Assembly: GCA_003598135.1 (NCBI GenBank)
Contig: QZKA01000019.1
Span: 41,690-105,689, forward strand
Direction: 5' to 3'
DNA length: 64,000 bases
Origin: Candidatus Omnitrophota bacterium
GTDB taxonomy: Bacteria; Omnitrophota; Gorgyraeia; Gygaellales; Profunditerraquicolaceae
A program made the translations under genes and the position numbers. Below, in pieces: positions 60,566 to 64,000 of this stretch. Numbering within the stretch: position 1 is the stretch's first letter; the number at the start of each line of letters is the position of its first letter. Under the pieces are notes generated by a model that searched no databases, was not told the origin of the DNA, and worked only from the letters and a program-made list of their open reading frames with translations.

Positions 60566-61723
60566 TTAATCTTCTTTGGCTAAGGCAAGCTCTGAACCTG
60601 GATAGTAAAAGCTTAAAATTTCTTGATAGGTATATCCTTCTTTGGCCATAAAATAAGCTCCCCACTGGCACAGCCCAACCCCATGCCCCCATCCAAACCC
60701 CCGGAAAACGGCATCGTCTCCAGAAAGACTTACCGTAAAGTTGGTACTGCGCAAAAGTTTCGGACCAATCAAGCTTCTGAGGTCTTTCGCCGCAATATCG
60801 GCGCTGCGCTCCTGGCCTGCTGCAATACGCACATAGGTAACGCGACCGGAAATATCCCTGCCTTGCTCTGTGATTGCGGTAATGTGCGTGAATGCGTAAC
60901 CTGCCTTCTTTAGGACCCTTTCTAATTCCTTAAGGCTTACCACGTAGTGCCACTTAAAGTGGGGAGAATCTTTGCAAAAACCGCACACTACCCCCCTAAG
61001 AGAAGGAACTGTGGTATTCCACAGCAAAGAGGCATCTTCGGTATGCCCGGCGCAGGTGGCGTGAAAATAGGCAGGAAAAATCTTTCCTCCGTAGGACAAC
61101 GCTTCGCCTTTAGTAAATTCCACGGCAAAGCTGGTGCGGTAACGCTCAGCAGCCCTGCCTCCGTACATCTGTGAATAAAAATCGCATGTCACATCAAAGT
61201 CTTTCGCGGCGTTCTCTTGCATCTGATAAAGCGCAAATGTCCTGCTGGCGACTGCCTGGGCCTTCAAGGCTTCCTGGGGCCAATAGTGCGACACCTCGTG
61301 ATAAAGAACCCCTTTCACATAGTCCTCAAGGCCAATATAATTCACCACCGAAAGAGTATTGTCTTCCTTCCTGATAATCAACGCATCGCCCCTAAAGTGT
61401 TTCCCGTTGATTATCACGTTATTGTCGCTTGCACGCAGGATGATCCTATCAGTATCGTAACTCTTTGCCCCAAGTAGTATCTTGCCCTTGCCTTGCGTCA
61501 CCGTGCCTTTTATATCCCTGCCGCGGCATACCACCTCGTGGCTCCTGGCGTCATGTATTTGGTAGGCGCCGCTTACCTTAAGGGTTAAAGAAGGCAGCTC
61601 TTGCATGATAAGGACCCGGACATGCTTGGAGGAGCCTGCCAGTGCGCATGGCATAACAATATGACCCCACAATCCGCATAGGAATATACACACCGCAAAG
61701 AAGTGTTTGAATAGGTTACTCAT
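60566..61723 (-). CDS. SpoIID/LytB domain lytic transglycosylase
   Basis: Signal peptide; LEDYVKGVLYHE, EALKAQAVASRT, GWGHGVGLCQWGA, YYPG. Confidence 0.9.
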   Translation of the reverse strand: MSNLFKHFFAVCIFLCGLWGHIVMPCALAGSSKHVRVLIMQELPSLTLKVSGAYQIHDARSHEVVCRGRDIKGTVTQGKGKILLGAKSYDTDRIILRASDNNVIINGKHFRGDALIIRKEDNTLSVVNYIGLEDYVKGVLYHEVSHYWPQEALKAQAVASRTFALYQMQENAAKDFDVTCDFYSQMYGGRAAERYRTSFAVEFTKGEALSYGGKIFPAYFHATCAGHTEDASLLWNTTVPSLRGVVCGFCKDSPHFKWHYVVSLKELERVLKKAGYAFTHITAITEQGRDISGRVTYVRIAAGQERSADIAAKDLRSLIGPKLLRSTNFTVSLSGDDAVFRGFGWGHGVGLCQWGAYFMAKEGYTYQEILSFYYPGSELALAKED

Positions 61724-61740
61724 AGTAACACCAAAGGGCT

Positions 61741-61956
61741 TTACCGACGGGGCCATATGCGCAGAATCATGGAAATCAAAATACTCAGTAATAGAGAGGT
61801 AGCAAGGGGGAAATAAACGCTGAAGTTCTTTTTCTGGATATACATATCGCCGGGCAGCTTTCCCAAAAAGGGCACCCGATTAATAAAGCCAAGCAACAGC
61901 CCGACAACTAAAAAAACAGCGCCAAAGAAGATGAGGGTTTTTGAAATCTCCTGCAT
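61741..61956 (-). CDS. DUF2905-like small membrane protein
   Basis: LGKLPGD, YFPLATSLLLS; between ruvB and spoIID. Confidence 0.8.
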   Translation of the reverse strand: MQEISKTLIFFGAVFLVVGLLLGFINRVPFLGKLPGDMYIQKKNFSVYFPLATSLLLSILISMILRIWPRR

Positions 61957-61965
61957 AGACGAGGA

Positions 61966-63090
61966 TCAAAAGAGTTCTTCCTGTTTCTCGTTATTACACT
62001 TAAGACCCAGGTGCTCAAACGCAATCTTCGTCGCCAGCCTCCCCCGCGAAGTCCTTTTGAGGTAACCGGCTTTTAACAGATACGGCTCAATCGTTTCAGC
62101 AATAGTATCTACTTCTTCATTAAGGGTCGCTGCAAGCGATTCGATGCCCACCGGCCCACCATGATAAAAGTCGATGATGGTTTTGAGCACCTTTCTGTCA
62201 ATTTCATCGAGCCCCGCTTTATCAATACCCAAATCATCCAGGGCGCGCGAGGCAGTCGCAAGGGTGATAGTATCTATACGGGCAACCTGCGCATAATCCC
62301 TGACCCTTCTTAAAAGCCGGTTGGCGATGCGCGGAGTGCCCCGTGCTCGGCGTGCGATCTCCTGGGCTGCTTCCGGCTCAACCCTGATATTCATTATTTT
62401 TGCCGAACGCTCAACAATCTTCTGCAGCTCTTCTACTTTATAGAAATCAAGGTAATAGAATATACCGAACCTGCTCCTTAGCGGCGAAGTAAGTAGTCCT
62501 ACGCGCGTAGTAGCCCCTACCAAGGTAAAAGGCTTAAGCCTAAATTTTATTGTTTTCGCATAAGGTCCCTTATCAATCACAAAATCAATCTCAAAATTCT
62601 CCATGGCAGGATAGAGAAATTCCTCGACGGTCCTTGAAAGCCTGTGTATCTCGTCGATGAAGAGGATATCTCCCCGCTCAAGATTTGTCAGTATCCCTAT
62701 CAGGTCGCCTGCCTTCTCAATCGCGGGCCCTGAGGTAGCGGTAATTTTTGAATGCATCTCGTGAGCGACAATATGCGCAAGAGAAGTTTTCCCAAGACCT
62801 GGCGGGCCTGAGAATAAGACGTGCTCAAGGTGCTCCTTTCTCTGTTTTGCCGCTGTGATGCACACATTGAGGCCTTCAAGGATATCTCTCTGGCCAACAA
62901 ATTCAGTCAGCCGCTTAGGCCTTAAAGAAATATTAAGGACCACGTCCTCTTCGTTCTCCTTTTGGGTATGCAGCAGGGCTTGCGGAAAAGCAGGAGAAGA
63001 AGGCGCACGCGCCGGATCATCTACATAGGCATATTCCTGGGGGCCGTTACTTCTGGGCTTGCGGGTATTCTGTCTGGCTTCTCTTGTCAT
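61966..63090 (-). CDS. ruvB: Holliday junction helicase RuvB
   Basis: [43 protein letters not shown]; start uncertain (N-terminal extension). Confidence 0.96.
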   Translation of the reverse strand: MTREARQNTRKPRSNGPQEYAYVDDPARAPSSPAFPQALLHTQKENEEDVVLNISLRPKRLTEFVGQRDILEGLNVCITAAKQRKEHLEHVLFSGPPGLGKTSLAHIVAHEMHSKITATSGPAIEKAGDLIGILTNLERGDILFIDEIHRLSRTVEEFLYPAMENFEIDFVIDKGPYAKTIKFRLKPFTLVGATTRVGLLTSPLRSRFGIFYYLDFYKVEELQKIVERSAKIMNIRVEPEAAQEIARRARGTPRIANRLLRRVRDYAQVARIDTITLATASRALDDLGIDKAGLDEIDRKVLKTIIDFYHGGPVGIESLAATLNEEVDTIAETIEPYLLKAGYLKRTSRGRLATKIAFEHLGLKCNNEKQEELF

Positions 63091-63817
63091 ACGGTATAAT
63101 ATTGGCTTCGTTCCTGGCGATCTCAATTTCGCCGAACACTTCCCTTTGTACCACAACAATTTCTTTTAACCTGATGAGTTCAAGGATCGCCAGAAACGTA
63201 ACTATAATCTCCAGCTTATTCTTGGCATTCTGAAAAAGCTCTGAAATGCGCACAGCCGTCTTGTCCAGCAAGAGATGCAGGATCTCATGGACTTTTCCCT
63301 CGATGGTAAATTCATCCTTTATGACTTCATAGAGTAATTCCTTCGGTACCTCTTCCAGCACCTTAGAGAACGCAGTAAGTAAATCAAAAATACTCGCCTC
63401 AAAATAGGCAGGCTGTTCGGTCTGGACTACCGGCTCTTCTACTTTAGGCCTCTTGAAAATTTCCTTCTCCCGGGATTCCCTCTGTTGCAAATCTTGCGCG
63501 ACCTCTTTAAACTTCTGGTATTCCAAAAGCTGCCTGATGAGCTCTGCGCGGGGATCCCCCTGATCCTCTTCAACCGCCTCATTTTCCTGCGCGGGTAAGA
63601 GCATTTTTGATTTTATCTGCATAAGCGTTGCCGCCATTACCAGAAACTCGCCGGCAATATTCAAATCGAGAAAACGCATTAATTCCAGGTATTGCAAATA
63701 CTGCTCCGTCACCCTGGCAATAGGAATATCGTAAATAGTAAGGTGCTCCTTTTTCACTAGATACAATAACAAATCCAAGGGCCCTTCAAATAGCTCAAGT
63801 CTTATCTTATAGCTCAT
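63047..63817 (-). CDS. scpA: Segregation and condensation protein A (kleisin)
   Basis: Start [18 protein letters not shown]; [27 protein letters not shown]. Confidence 0.93.
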   Translation of the reverse strand: MSYKIRLELFEGPLDLLLYLVKKEHLTIYDIPIARVTEQYLQYLELMRFLDLNIAGEFLVMAATLMQIKSKMLLPAQENEAVEEDQGDPRAELIRQLLEYQKFKEVAQDLQQRESREKEIFKRPKVEEPVVQTEQPAYFEASIFDLLTAFSKVLEEVPKELLYEVIKDEFTIEGKVHEILHLLLDKTAVRISELFQNAKNKLEIIVTFLAILELIRLKEIVVVQREVFGEIEIARNEANIIPYDKRSQTEYPQAQK

Positions 63818-64000
63818 ACTGCACCTGCAGAAGCTTGCGCACCGAAACGATTGTTTCAAGTGCTGCGGCATATGCCTTCTCTTTTCCTTCCCGGAGTATG
63901 TCGCGGATATAGCCCTTATCCTGAAGCAAATCTTTGCGTTTTTTTTGAATCGGGGCAAGATAAGAAATTAGTATTTCTGCTAATTCTTTTTTACACTCGG
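63807..64000 (-). CDS. trpS: Tryptophan--tRNA ligase, C-terminal end (partial)
   Basis: Hand translation: ECKKELAEILISYLAPIQKKRKDLLQDKGYIRDILREGKEKAYAAALETIVSVRKLL; trpS-scpA adjacency is common. Confidence 0.75.
   Translation of the reverse strand, partial: ECKKELAEILISYLAPIQKKRKDLLQDKGYIRDILREGKEKAYAAALETIVSVRKLLQVQYEL

Noticed and set aside
63818-63958. N-terminal extension of ScpA
   Set aside because: Overlaps the trpS 3' end in another frame; the ScpA motif starts at MSYKI.

Overview
Core-chromosome segment of a bacterium, gene-dense and almost entirely on the minus strand (only rpmB and crtB read on +). Gene order and protein styles suggest a PVC-group organism such as Candidatus Omnitrophota; this is an inference, not tested. 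Contents: branched-chain amino acid genes (ilvD, ilvB); a long carbon/SAM/PTS operon (ptsN-yvcK-HPr-ptsI-cupin PGI-nucleotidyltransferase-metK-ahcY-pfkA-class II aldolase); three tRNAs (Gly, Leu, Lys); rpsB-tsf-pyrH-frr; a UvrD-nuclease fusion, recJ and argS; a trpE-less trp operon; polA-glgA-coaE-rho-rpmE-prfA-prmC-murA; a C1/folate cluster (fchA-folD ... metF plus an atypical flavoprotein); and ruvB-spoIID-queA-tgt-trmD-rplS-rnhB. No integrase, transposase, cas gene or true CRISPR array was seen. Most notable: (1) a four-gene carotenoid cassette (crtI, antisense crtB, split lycopene cyclase) inserted between queA and tgt, with mirror-image leaderless promoters; (2) an acetogen-type MetF with no adjacent MetV, translationally coupled to a degenerate FAD oxidoreductase, near a K54Q FolD/FchA pair; (3) a 79-bp tandem unit behind tRNA-Leu that copies the tRNA 3' end with a GTTTC...GAAAC hairpin inserted in the T-loop; (4) a c-di-GMP-I-like structured leader before a GT-C-like membrane protein; (5) rsfS apparently starting at AUA; (6) intergenic 6- and 7-mer microrepeat elements. 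All calls come from motif recognition by eye; no database searches were run.
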